From: Nitrospira sp.
Lineage (GTDB): Bacteria; Nitrospirota; Thermodesulfovibrionia; UBA6902
DNA length: 64,000 nt
Assembly (NCBI GenBank): GCA_016784355.1
Contig: JADHUV010000004.1
Location: 48,201 to 112,200, forward strand
Reading direction: 5' to 3'
Shown here piece by piece: positions 28,710 to 39,010 of the stretch. Under the pieces are notes generated by a model, which worked only from the letters and a program-made list of their open reading frames with translations, was not told the DNA's origin and did no database searches. Position 1 is the first letter of the stretch, and every line of letters begins with the position of its first letter. Made by a program: the position numbers and the translations under genes.

Positions 28710-29530
28710 CGAATAACGAATATCGAACAAGGAATGTCGAATGATGAAGTGAGCGGCGTGGAAGAATATGATGCTAATTTTTTACTTCGAGATTCGAAAT
28801 GCGTCAATCGATATTCGAAATTCTCCTTTTTTGATTCACTATTTAAAGACTGACAGAAACAGCGAATAACGAATATCGAACAAGGAATGTCGAATGATGA
28901 AGTGAGTGGCGTGGAAGAATATGATGCTAATTTTTTACTTCGACATTCGAAATTCGTCAATCGATATTCGAAATTCTCCTTTTTTTGATTCACTATTTAA
29001 AGACTGATAGAACCAGCGAATAACGAATATCGAACAAGGAATCTCGAATGATGAAGTGAGCGGCGTGGAAGAATATGATGCTAATTTTTTTACTTCGAGA
29101 TTCGAAATTCGTCAATCGATATTCGAAATTCTCCTTTTTTTGATTCCCTATTTAAAAACTGATAATAACAGCGAATAACGAATATCGAACAAGGAATGTC
29201 GAATGATGAAGTGAGCGGCGTGGAAGAATATGATGCTAATTTTTTACTTCGACATTCGAAATTCGTCAATCGATATTCGAAATTCTCCTTTTTTGATTCA
29301 CTATTTAAAGACTGATAGAACCAGCGAATAACGAATATCGAACAAGGAATGTCGAATGATGAAGTGAGCGGCGTGGAAGAATATGATGCTAATTTTTTAC
29401 TTCGAGATTCGAAATTCGTCAATCGATATTCGAAATTCTCCTTTTTTTGATTCCCTATTTAAAAACTGATAATAACAGCGAATAACGAATATCGAACAAG
29501 GAATGTCGAATGATGAAGTCAACGGCGTGG
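28710..29530. repeat. Tandem array of about six copies of a unit of roughly 152 bp, of the same family as dispersed copies elsewhere in the window
   Basis: The unit recurs at about 28710, 28860, 29010, 29165, 29320 and 29465. Each unit contains inverted arms CGAATATCGA...GAATGTCGAA / TTCGACATTC...TCGATATTCG. Confidence 0.85.
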
Positions 29531-29665
29531 CAGATGCCTGTCGACCGTTGTTTTACATTATTATTTTATATAGAAAATAAATATGCCTGATCATCGCTTT
29601 TTCTGTTACAATTACAACGATCTCAAAAGCAATCTCAATAATTACTTATCAATGCTAGAGGATAC

Positions 29666-29956
29666 ATGACAGACAAGAATAAGAAATGCATTATTATCAC
29701 TGTAATCGGCAAAGATGAAGTCGGAATCGTTGCCAAGGTTGCCACTGCGCTGGCTGAAGATAGAATCAATATTATTGATCTTAATCAAAAGATACTTGGT
29801 GACGAAATTTTCGCCATGACGCTGCTGGCCGACAGGGTAGGCTCCAATCTTTCTCTGCCGGAAATAACGGAGAAACTTAAGGCGTCCGTTAAAGGCATGT
29901 CTCTTGAGGTCACGGTTCAGGACTCGGAAGTTTTTCAATATATGCATAGGGTGTGA
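29666..29956 (+). CDS. ACT-domain protein of the UPF0237 family
   Basis: [28 protein letters not shown] fold. It is paired with the UPF0210 gene downstream. Confidence 0.7.
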   Translation: MTDKNKKCIIITVIGKDEVGIVAKVATALAEDRINIIDLNQKILGDEIFAMTLLADRVGSNLSLPEITEKLKASVKGMSLEVTVQDSEVFQYMHRV

Positions 29957-29957
29957 T

Positions 29958-31322
29958 ATGAAATTTTCCAATGAAGAGATACTTGAAACGATAGGCATGA
30001 TCGCCGAGGATAAGCTTGATATCAGGACCGTGACGCTGGGCATTTCCCTGCTTGATTGTTCCGATCCTGATCCGACTGCCTGTGCTCGTAAGGTCCGTGA
30101 AAAGATTCTGGCAAAGGGTGCAGATTTAAGCAGAAAAGCTGATTTCATTTCTGATGAATATGGACTGCCTATTGTCAATAAAAGAATCAGTCTCACTCCC
30201 ATCTCTCTGGTGGTTCCGATAGCTGATCCTGCTGCGTTTATTGAGGTTGCGCATGCAGTGGACAGGGCGGCTGCTGAGATTGATGTCAACTTCGTTGGCG
30301 GCTACACCGCTATGATTCAGAAGGGTGAAACGTCTATCGACAGGGCCATGATTGAGGCGATGCCGGAAGTTCTCTCAACTACCACTCGTTTTTGTGCCTC
30401 TGTGATTTTGGCATCTACTAAAGCCGGTATAAACATGGATGGCTGTTACACAATGAGTAAGGTGATGAAAGATACTGCCGCGAGAACGGCAAAGGATGAT
30501 GGGATTGGTTGCGCGAAATTAGTACTTTTTGCCAATCCCGTTGAAGACAATCCTTTTATGGCTGGCGGATTCTATGGCACGGGAGAGTCTGAAAGTTCCA
30601 TACTCGTCGGTGTAAGCGGCCCCGGGGCGGTACGTCGTGCCCTTGAAAGACTGGGACCAGATGCTGATCTTGGCGAGGTTGCTGAGACAATCAAAAAGAC
30701 TGCCTTTAAAATTACCCGTGCCGGTGAACTGGTGGGTAAGAAGTTGGCTAAAATCCTTGGAGTTGCTTTTGGCAATCTTGATCTTTCCCTTGCACCTACA
30801 CCTGCGGAAGGTGACTCTGTCGGTCAGATTCTGGAGACCATGGGCCTTGCCATGCCCGGTGCGCCAGGCTCAACGGCGGCGCTGATGATGCTGAATGACG
30901 CGGTGAAAAAAGGAGGCCTCTTTGCCTCCTCATCGGTCGGAGGTCTATCCGGTGCATTCATACCGATAAGTGAAGATGCATCCATGATCAGGGCAGCAGA
31001 AGCAGGAGCAATAACTCTTGAAAAACTTGAAGCAATGACAAGCGTCTGCTCAGTGGGTCTGGATATGATAGCTGTTCCCGGTGATACAAGCGCTGAGACC
31101 CTGGCCGCAGTTATAGCCGATGAAATGGCTATTGGCTGTGCCAACAATAAAACGACTGCAGTGAGAATAATTCCGGCTCCCGGCAAGAAGGTAGGAGATT
31201 CTGTTTATTTTGGCGGGCTTCTTGGAAGTGCCCCGATAATGGCAGTGAGTCAGGTCTCCTCAGAAACTTTTGTAAAAAGAGGCGGTCGTATCCCTGCCCC
31301 TCTTCAATCGTTGAAGAACTGA
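29958..31322 (+). CDS. UPF0210/PFL-like family protein; start taken at MKFSNEE just after the ACT gene stop
   Basis: About 455 aa. This is the conserved partner of the ACT UPF0237 gene. Confidence 0.65.
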   Translation: MKFSNEEILETIGMIAEDKLDIRTVTLGISLLDCSDPDPTACARKVREKILAKGADLSRKADFISDEYGLPIVNKRISLTPISLVVPIADPAAFIEVAHAVDRAAAEIDVNFVGGYTAMIQKGETSIDRAMIEAMPEVLSTTTRFCASVILASTKAGINMDGCYTMSKVMKDTAARTAKDDGIGCAKLVLFANPVEDNPFMAGGFYGTGESESSILVGVSGPGAVRRALERLGPDADLGEVAETIKKTAFKITRAGELVGKKLAKILGVAFGNLDLSLAPTPAEGDSVGQILETMGLAMPGAPGSTAALMMLNDAVKKGGLFASSSVGGLSGAFIPISEDASMIRAAEAGAITLEKLEAMTSVCSVGLDMIAVPGDTSAETLAAVIADEMAIGCANNKTTAVRIIPAPGKKVGDSVYFGGLLGSAPIMAVSQVSSETFVKRGGRIPAPLQSLKN

Positions 31323-31564
31323 TAACCGCGAATAACGAATATCGAACAGGGAATGTCGTATGATGAAGGGGACAGCACGGAGGAGTATGGTGCTTGTTTT
31401 TATACTTCGACATTTGTAATTCGTCAATCGATATTCGATATTCGATATTCTTTTTTGATTCTTTCCCTTACACTTACATCTACAGAAGGTGAGTCTGCTG
31501 GTCAAATTCTGGGGATCATAGGCTTTGCCCCGGTGCGCCAGGCTCAACTGCAGAATCCGCTTTG

Positions 31565-33253
31565 TCAAGAAATGACTTTCTTAAATTCTTTTTCCGCCTC
31601 GGCAGTGCCAATGAGAATCAGTTCTTCATTTTCTGTCAACTTAATATTTGGATCAGGATTTACATCGAAAGCATCCCCTGTGCGGATTGCAATTACATTA
31701 CAGCCTGTTTTTCTTCTTATCTGGCTTTCAGTCAGAGTTTTTCCTACTAATGATGCGGTTACATCAGCCTTGAATATGGTTAATCCTTCGGCCAGCATCA
31801 GGCTTTCATCAGGCTTTAGAATACTTGTAATTTTATTGGCCCCCATTGAGGCGTACGACATAACAATATCAGCCCCTACGGAATAGAGTTTACTTATATT
31901 GCGGTCCAGTACGGCCCTGCTGATAATCTGTATATTGGGCCGTAATTTTCTGCAGTAAATTGTTAAATAAATATTAATATCATCATTGTGCGTAGTGATA
32001 AGCACGGATGGAGATTCTAAAGAAATTCCAGCCCGCTCCAGTGCATGAATGTCGGCTGCATCTCCAATAATATATTTGCTGTCATCCTTTATGGATTTGC
32101 TGTTTTTTTCTAAAACGCGATAATCAACGCCAAGTGAGTCTAACTCTTCAGCAGCAGCCTGTCCTACTCTGCCCCCTCCCAATATAACAACGGGAGCTTC
32201 AAAGGTTCGGGCACTGCCGATATAGTCATCGTACCTTCTGAAATGCTCTTCCGATCCTGCAAGCAGTAAAACAGAGTTAGGATGAATAATTGTCTGCGGT
32301 CGCGGTATTTCAAATTTGCCCCGTTGCCATATCCCAACCACAATTACGCCTGTTTTTTCTCGAAGTCCGCTCTGAATAAGTGTCTTCCCTTCATATGGCG
32401 TATGGGCGGCATAAGCTTCAGCGATAAAGACACCACCGAGAGAACCGACTATATTGGCCTGAGCAGATACGCCCAGCGCATGGCGCGCCATGGTAACACC
32501 CAGCATCTTTGTAAATTGAAAGACGTGCGTTGCACCCGCTAGTTCAAGGACATCAATCGAATCGTAGGCATCCGCAATAGTAATAATTGGAACATTTTCC
32601 GAGATCTCGCGTATAGTGGCAATAATGTTTGTATTAACCATATCATCGTTATTCACAAAAACCAGAGCAGCCTGCTCTACCCTCAGTCGTCGGTATGTCT
32701 CGGGCGTATCAAGTTCTCCTATAACAACCCGCACGTTCATCTCCAGCAATTCCTCTGCAGCCTGCGCATCATGCACTGCAATAGCGTACTTCAAACCATA
32801 GTGATTCAGCTTCCTGATGAGACTTATGGCTATTGGATCATAGCTCGTCATGATAATATGGTTCGCCGTACCTTCCGGAAGTTCGTGCGGGGTACGTACC
32901 TGTAACTGCGACTCCAGCCATGGGGCATAAAAAAACCGGATAAAGGTGAACGGCAGCATGATAAGCAGAAAAATAATCCCGGATAAAAGAACAAATATTG
33001 AGAAGGTACGGCCAAGATCGCTTGTGAATGTGATATCACCAAAACCCAGTGTTGACATGACAGTCAATGTCCAGTAAAAGCCCGTTATCCAGGAATGCTG
33101 CTTTCCTTCGTACTCCATAATATAATGGAAAATAATACTGTAAGTAGCTATGGCTATTGCAATAATAAGAAAGAACTTGCCTAGATTACGCAAATTTTTC
33201 TTCATTGTCTTGTTCTTGACGAAGTAGGCTAGCTGTGAAGGCATGAATTTCAT
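31565..33253 (-). CDS. Potassium channel with two RCK/TrkA domains
   Basis: Selectivity-filter-like TLGFGD, two transmembrane helices, and an NAD-binding GGGRVG motif. Confidence 0.75.
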   Translation of the reverse strand: MKFMPSQLAYFVKNKTMKKNLRNLGKFFLIIAIAIATYSIIFHYIMEYEGKQHSWITGFYWTLTVMSTLGFGDITFTSDLGRTFSIFVLLSGIIFLLIMLPFTFIRFFYAPWLESQLQVRTPHELPEGTANHIIMTSYDPIAISLIRKLNHYGLKYAIAVHDAQAAEELLEMNVRVVIGELDTPETYRRLRVEQAALVFVNNDDMVNTNIIATIREISENVPIITIADAYDSIDVLELAGATHVFQFTKMLGVTMARHALGVSAQANIVGSLGGVFIAEAYAAHTPYEGKTLIQSGLREKTGVIVVGIWQRGKFEIPRPQTIIHPNSVLLLAGSEEHFRRYDDYIGSARTFEAPVVILGGGRVGQAAAEELDSLGVDYRVLEKNSKSIKDDSKYIIGDAADIHALERAGISLESPSVLITTHNDDINIYLTIYCRKLRPNIQIISRAVLDRNISKLYSVGADIVMSYASMGANKITSILKPDESLMLAEGLTIFKADVTASLVGKTLTESQIRRKTGCNVIAIRTGDAFDVNPDPNIKLTENEELILIGTAEAEKEFKKVIS

Positions 33254-33771
33254 CTATGGGATCCTTTGCAATCATTATGATGCAATATTAAAATTTCGTC
33301 AATGAGATGAGGTAGTTCAGATTTGTATTGGCAGACATGGTAAGGAGTCACGGTTGTTCAGTGTGTGACTCCTGCATATAGAGCCAGCTGATATTGCTAT
33401 GTATTTTTATTAAAATGAATAGTGAAGGCTTATACAAGTGTCAGCATTTTTTCTCGAGAGATAATGCAATAGGATCATCATCGGCAAGTGCCTTTTCCAC
33501 CACATCCAGCGTATCACAAAACTGACTCCATCTCTCTTTTCTTTCTGATACTGATTGGATAGCATGTCTGGTTTTAGCGTAAACTCCTGAATGACCCCAT
33601 GCAGCCTTTTTCTTCCCATCTGGCAAAATTTAAATCCCTGCTGCTTATCATGATCTGATTCGTCCTTGAAAAAAGATGCCGCTTTAAGAGCAAAGCGTAG
33701 ATGGGCAATGGTCAGAGGTATTATTGATGCAAAGCAGCCGGCAAAAGGGTTGATCTGTCTCTCACCAATCT

Positions 33772-34461
33772 TTATTTAAGTATCTTAGATTCAGGAAATT
33801 TTTTCTGCCATTTCCCCCACGGAATATCTTCAGAAGAAATCTTTAAAAGCATTCGTCCGAAGTATTTTCCCTGAATACCTTTGAGCCCTTTTCTTTCAGG
33901 ATACCAGAGTGTAATGCTTTCCTTGTCGTACAGCACAAAGGTGTTATCGTACGTCCATCCTGAAGGTGCAATCGTTAAAATCTGTCCATCAATCTCGCGG
34001 CTGTACACAGCCGCCAGGTCTGCCAGTGGTCAATAACCGACGGCAATAGGTTTTGAACCTATTGCACTGTTTGCAATTTCATGACCCCGAAGTTTCTGTA
34101 CAGAATAAGCTTGCGAGCTTGCGCCTTCTTCTATTCCAATGACTCGAAGATCGTCGGGTACGCTTTTTTTGTCATCACTTAATCCTGTTGCATCAAGAGT
34201 GGAGAATGCATCTTTTCCCATGCCGTATTGAAAGCGCTCAGGCTTAAAGCCGATTGATTTAGCTTCTGTGATATCCCACTTGTACCCTGTCTGGTCAATG
34301 ATATAAGTTCTGCTGCCTTCTTGAACTACCGTAGTAGGGTATAAGTTTTCATGTGAACAGCTGATGAGACTTATGACTGCTACAATAATAAATGTTATTT
34401 TTTGTAGGGTGATCATTATTGCATCTCCTTTTACAAGTACTACTAAGATTTTACGGATCAA
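33772..34461 (-). CDS. Lipoprotein, possibly DUF3179-like, predicted selenoprotein with UGA-Sec at 34030-34032
   Basis: ORFs 34030..34461 and 33772..34008 share one frame and are separated only by a TGA: ...KPIAVGY-[TGA]-PLADLAAVYSREIDGQ. A perfect 7-bp hairpin GCGGCUG-UGUA-CAGCCGC lies 15 nt downstream, at 33997-34014. Lipobox LISCS. Confidence 0.5.
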
Positions 34462-34694
34462 TATAATCTTAGCTCATTTTACGCCGACTTTCACGCAGCA
34501 AGATGGCACGTCTAATAAAGCGGAATGTTTGTTTTACTTCGACATTCGTAATTCGTCAATCTATATTCGATATTCTCCTTTTTTCATTTATTATCTGAAA
34601 CTGTTTGAAACAGCGAATAATGAATATCGAACAAGGAATCTCGAATGTCGAAGTGTGTTTATTTCCACATTTATACTACGAAAATCGATATTCG

Positions 34695-35786
34695 TCATTT
34701 GCTATTATAAGGTTCATAATCTGTGTATCCTTTCGCTCCAGGTGTATACCACAGTGACATGTCCTCAAAAGGATTCAGAGGCCAGTTATTTTTGAATCGT
34801 TCCGGTAAATCAGGGTTCGTAATGAAAGGGCGGCCAAAGGCAATCATATCAGCATTTCCGGCTGCAATACGTTCTTCAGCATCTTTTTGAGTATGACCGC
34901 AATTGCCGATTATTATCCCTTCATACACCGCTCTGAATTCAGTCAGGGTCATTGGCTCCCCTTTCTCATGAAAACCGAAGCCAAGCCCATCCATTATATG
35001 CAGATAGGCAAGATTGTATTTATTTAATTCTTCAGCGACATAAAGATATGTTTCTCTAAAGTCCTCGCTTCCCATATCATTGAAAACTCCATTTGGAGAA
35101 ATGCGGACACCAATCTGATCGCATGGCCAGATCTCAGACACAGCCTCAATCACTTCTTTCAGAAACCGAAATCTATTCTCGATGCTTCCCCCGTATTGAT
35201 CCGTGCGAAGATTTGTTTTTGAATCAAGGAATTGATTTATCAAGTATCCGTTGGCAGCATGAACCTCTACCCCGGAGAAACCTGCTGCTCTGGCATTGAT
35301 CGCAGCCTTGCGGTAATCATTTATAGTAGCGCGGATTTCATCTTCTGATAATGCACGCGGGGTTTCGTATGGCTTCTTACCAAGAGGGGTATGGATCAAG
35401 TCACCATTGAGTTTAACTTCGGATGCAGACACCGGTAGTTTGCCCTTGTGGAAATCACTGTGCGAGGCCCTGCCGCAATGCCAAAGTTGCAGAAACATGG
35501 GAGTCCATGTCGACTTCACCATATTGGTAACTTTCTGCCAGCCCTCAATCATTTGATCGGTATAGATACCCGGCGAATCAATCCAGCCGTTACCCTGCGC
35601 TGAAATTACTGTCGCTTCGGTTATCAGCAGTCCCGCTCCGGCTCGCTGATGATAATAATTTGCCATCATGTTATTCGGTATGCGTTCTGTCCCGGCACGA
35701 CCTCTAGTCATGGGTGCCAAGGCGATTCTATTTTTTAATCGTAATTTCCCCATTGCGAGCGGTTCAAATAAGTTAGTAATTCCCAT
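34695..35786 (-). CDS. NADH:flavin oxidoreductase of the Old Yellow Enzyme family, NemA-like
   Basis: N-terminal RIALAPMTR motif and the OYE motif HAANGYLINQFL. Confidence 0.85.
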   Translation of the reverse strand: MGITNLFEPLAMGKLRLKNRIALAPMTRGRAGTERIPNNMMANYYHQRAGAGLLITEATVISAQGNGWIDSPGIYTDQMIEGWQKVTNMVKSTWTPMFLQLWHCGRASHSDFHKGKLPVSASEVKLNGDLIHTPLGKKPYETPRALSEDEIRATINDYRKAAINARAAGFSGVEVHAANGYLINQFLDSKTNLRTDQYGGSIENRFRFLKEVIEAVSEIWPCDQIGVRISPNGVFNDMGSEDFRETYLYVAEELNKYNLAYLHIMDGLGFGFHEKGEPMTLTEFRAVYEGIIIGNCGHTQKDAEERIAAGNADMIAFGRPFITNPDLPERFKNNWPLNPFEDMSLWYTPGAKGYTDYEPYNSK

Positions 35787-35934
35787 TATCTTTTCCCCCT
35801 AAAGTATTCTTTGAGACTGCCCTGCTGATTGATATAATAGTTCATTTTAGTGCAAGTGTCACGCAGAAATTGTTCCCTCAATACATAACTCTACAGCGGA
35901 AAGATGATGTGGTGAATAGTGCATGAAGCACATT

Positions 35935-37461
35935 TTATAATGAGGACACAAAAAAACCAGCATGGTTGGATGTGAATATCGGCGGATCTCTTTTTATGAT
36001 TTCCATAACAGCCTTATTACGTTTAAATTCATTATCCAGAAACTGCCGGATCTGTTTTCTATTCCACCCTTCCGGATGAACAAAATCAGTATAGAGCGAA
36101 AGATCCCCGTCATAAAAATTCTTTGTTTCTAATTTAAAAGCATCATCTCCAACTACAGGCATATTGAAGATTGCTATATTCAGAAATGTAATTTCGTCTT
36201 TGTGCCTTATGACAAAATCCAGCGTGCTGCGTGCCTCGGGGAGTGTCTCGCCGGGAGTGCCGAAAATTAAATATACATACGTAGCTATTCCTGCATTTTT
36301 CAAAGTTTTTAAGGCAAGGGAGGCGGTTTTCAGGTCAATGCCTTTATGCATTTTATTGAGTACTTGCTGATCACCCGACTCGAGTCCAAGCTTAAGCATT
36401 ACACATCCTGAATTTTTCAGAGCCCTGCAGAAGTCGGGATCAGTCAGGTCACGATTAATTCTGGCAAACCCGTACCAGGGGACATCAAACGGTTGTTCCG
36501 TAATTCTTTTAAGCAGTGCGGGACTCACAGCGTTGTCCAGTAAATGAATAAGCACAGGTTTTGTTTTTTGGACAAGCGAACGGATGTCTTCCATTACCTT
36601 ATTAAGAGGCGTTGGAATATAAGGGCTTTCCTCTGCTTTCTCCGGGCAGAAAGAACACTTGTTCCAATAGCAGCCTGTCGAGGCATTGTATGGGAGGATG
36701 AAACCAGGGGCAAGGTAATCGCTCAGGGGCAGTGAATTATAATCAGGAGCATAGTGGTTTTCTTTAATTGCAGAAACACCCATAATATCCAGCAGTTGCT
36801 GCTCTCCCGGACCAGAGATAAGTGTATAAAACAGCCCTGAGAAAGGATTATGCCAATCGGGATTACTCATCCAGGAAGTGACGAGACCCCCGCCGATTAT
36901 GACCTTTGCATGCGGTAGAAGGTTTTTAATATAACCGATCATAGCGAATGTGCATAACGCCTGGCTTAAATAATTTAATGAAAACCCGATGACAGACGGC
37001 TCTTTCTGTTGGATTAGCTGCGTAAGGCGTCTACTGAAATATTCATAAAATATACTGCATTCGGGATTGTCGGCAGCCCTGATAAGATCACGGCTTCTCA
37101 AAGGAGAAAGCTCTGAATCACGGTAGTTTGCGAGGCCTAATGTCGCGATGTTATCTGTTGATTTTTCGAGTATACGGTTAAGGTCAGCGATAGCTCGCCC
37201 GTATCGGTCAATATTTGTGTATAATCTATTTCCTCTTAGAGCTTCAAGATTGGCTGCCTGGTTCTTCAGCGCCCGTGCTGTCCATTTATCCGACGGCTCG
37301 ACGGCTATGTCCTTAGTTTTATCCAGAGTATAGAGAAGTGCCTCAATATTGGCGTCCAGCAATGTGTGTTCTATCCCGTGCGCTGTTAGTGCTCCTGAGA
37401 GTTTGGCAATACCTGCCGGGGGCTCACATGGTTTAGCGACGGGCGGATGAATGAGTAACAT
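35935..37461 (-). CDS. B12-binding-domain radical SAM enzyme (class B)
   Basis: N-terminal Rossmann-like B12-binding region, then the Cys cluster GCYWNKCSFC. Confidence 0.65.
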   Translation of the reverse strand: MLLIHPPVAKPCEPPAGIAKLSGALTAHGIEHTLLDANIEALLYTLDKTKDIAVEPSDKWTARALKNQAANLEALRGNRLYTNIDRYGRAIADLNRILEKSTDNIATLGLANYRDSELSPLRSRDLIRAADNPECSIFYEYFSRRLTQLIQQKEPSVIGFSLNYLSQALCTFAMIGYIKNLLPHAKVIIGGGLVTSWMSNPDWHNPFSGLFYTLISGPGEQQLLDIMGVSAIKENHYAPDYNSLPLSDYLAPGFILPYNASTGCYWNKCSFCPEKAEESPYIPTPLNKVMEDIRSLVQKTKPVLIHLLDNAVSPALLKRITEQPFDVPWYGFARINRDLTDPDFCRALKNSGCVMLKLGLESGDQQVLNKMHKGIDLKTASLALKTLKNAGIATYVYLIFGTPGETLPEARSTLDFVIRHKDEITFLNIAIFNMPVVGDDAFKLETKNFYDGDLSLYTDFVHPEGWNRKQIRQFLDNEFKRNKAVMEIIKRDPPIFTSNHAGFFVSSL

Positions 37462-37685
37462 ATCTAATAAGTATCCTCGACAGTAGTGAACTCTCTTGCC
37501 CTATCCGTAGGATGATCAAACGATATTAAAAGCGGATGTCCACTTCGTCTATCAGTCATTATAAACTCAGCTATGCGTGGAGGTTCAATCATGTCCATAA
37601 GTTAACATAACAAGTTGAGTAAATAAGTGAAAAGTCGGTTAAGCACTCGCCCTATACATGCTAAAATATCTGTAAAAGGAGCCTT

Positions 37686-38255
37686 ATGAATAAAAATCGA
37701 TGCCAGTGGCTGACATCTGATCCTCTGTATATTGAATATCACGACAAAGAATGGGGCGTGCCTGTTTATGATGATCATAAACTATTTGAGATGCTTATTC
37801 TTGAAGGAGCTCAGGCAGGGTTAAGCTGGCTTACTATATTAAAAAGGAGAGAAAGCTACCGCAAGGCTTATGATGGTTTTGATCCCCATAAAATATCAAA
37901 ATGGAATGTTGAGAAAATCAATACCCTGCTTCTGGACAAAGGAGTTATAAGAAATAAATTGAAGATTGAAGCGGCTAAAATTAATGCACTGGCTTATTTG
38001 AAACTTGTGGAGGAGTTCGGAGATTTTAGCAGTTTTATATGGTCATTTACGGGAGGTAAGGTAATTCAGAATTCCTGGAAATCATTACAGGATATTCCGG
38101 CTACTACGGTGGAGTCTGATAATATGAGCAGGGAGTTGAAAAAGAGGGGGTTTAAATTTACGGGTTCAACTATTTGTTATGCATTTATGGAGGCAGTAGG
38201 TATGGTAAACGATCATATAACATCATGCTTCAGGTATAAGGAGATTAAAAAATGA
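37686..38255 (+). CDS. tag: DNA-3-methyladenine glycosylase I
   Basis: RCQWLTSDPLYIEYHDKEWGVPVYDD...FKFTGSTICYAFMEAVGMVNDH. Confidence 0.85.
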   Translation: MNKNRCQWLTSDPLYIEYHDKEWGVPVYDDHKLFEMLILEGAQAGLSWLTILKRRESYRKAYDGFDPHKISKWNVEKINTLLLDKGVIRNKLKIEAAKINALAYLKLVEEFGDFSSFIWSFTGGKVIQNSWKSLQDIPATTVESDNMSRELKKRGFKFTGSTICYAFMEAVGMVNDHITSCFRYKEIKK

Positions 38256-38402
38256 GCTGAGTTAATATGCAAGTGCATATTGCCGCCATTACCTATTTTT
38301 TTAAAGTCTATCCCACTCCCTTCGAAGTGCGTAGACCTGACACTCCCGATTTTTATGATATAATGTAGAACAATCATATTATTAATACGAGGTACTTATA
38401 AC

Positions 38403-39002
38403 ATGAATTATTTTTTTAAATCTGGCGATATCCGTAACTACAGCATCATATTGTTCTTGATCCTATTGACAGCATTTGCCGGTCCGGCCGATGCCGGGGA
38501 GAAAGGTTCGGAAATGGCAGCGAATCATCCCTGGATAGGAAAAAAGGCCCCTCTTTTTGAACTGAAAACAATAGAGGGAAGGCATGTATCACTTTCTGAT
38601 TATCTTGGTAAAAAGAATGTAGTCCTGCACTTTGCGGCTACATGGTGACCTTTCTGTCGTGCGGAGGCTCCGCATCTGGAAGCACTTTTTAATGAAGGGC
38701 ATGCTGACCTTGCAGTATTTGTTGTAGACGTTAAAGAGGATAAGGATCATGTAGCAAAGTGGGGAAAGAAGATGGGCTATACACTTCCGATCCTTATGGA
38801 TACCGATGGGAAGGTAACAGCATCTTTTGCCCCGCCGGAAGTCCTGCCTGATATGCCTCGTGATGAGGTAGTGATCGCGGCAAATATTATTATTGACCGC
38901 CATGGTGTTATACAGTTCTTCGATCTGCTGGATTCCAGGAATTTTGATTCCAAACTGCTGAAGCTTCAAAGCCGGTTAAAGATGCTTCGGGCCGCAGAGT
39001 AA
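38403..39002 (+). CDS. Periplasmic TlpA/ResA-like thioredoxin-fold oxidoreductase, predicted selenoprotein with UGA-Sec at 38646-38648
   Basis: Signal peptide present. Reads ...VVLHFAATW-[TGA]-PFCRAEAPHL and runs in frame into the 38772..39002 ORF. The TGA sits where the first Cys of WCxxC is expected. A hairpin lies at 38660-38674, 11 nt downstream. Confidence 0.7.
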
Positions 39003-39010
39003 GTTTTACA

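Noticed and set aside
28703-29422. Track ORFs 28703..28993 and 29090..29422 on the minus strand
   Set aside because: They lie wholly inside the tandem repeat array, and their amino-acid sequence simply repeats with the DNA unit. They are not genes.
28710-29530. A tandem array with regular spacing of about 150 bp and palindromic content, which could be mistaken for a CRISPR array
   Set aside because: The entire 152-bp unit, including the would-be spacer portion, is near-identical between copies. There are no unique spacers and no cas genes nearby.
29642-30289. Minus-strand ORF of 215 aa
   Set aside because: It is antisense to the ACT/UPF0210 genes, has low-complexity Ser/Ala-rich composition and no start context.
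33410-33780. Overlapping minus-strand ORF fragments between the K+ channel and the Sec lipoprotein
   Set aside because: Two frames each give plausible peptide but no recognisable family and no clean start. They are probably a decayed gene remnant and too uncertain to annotate.
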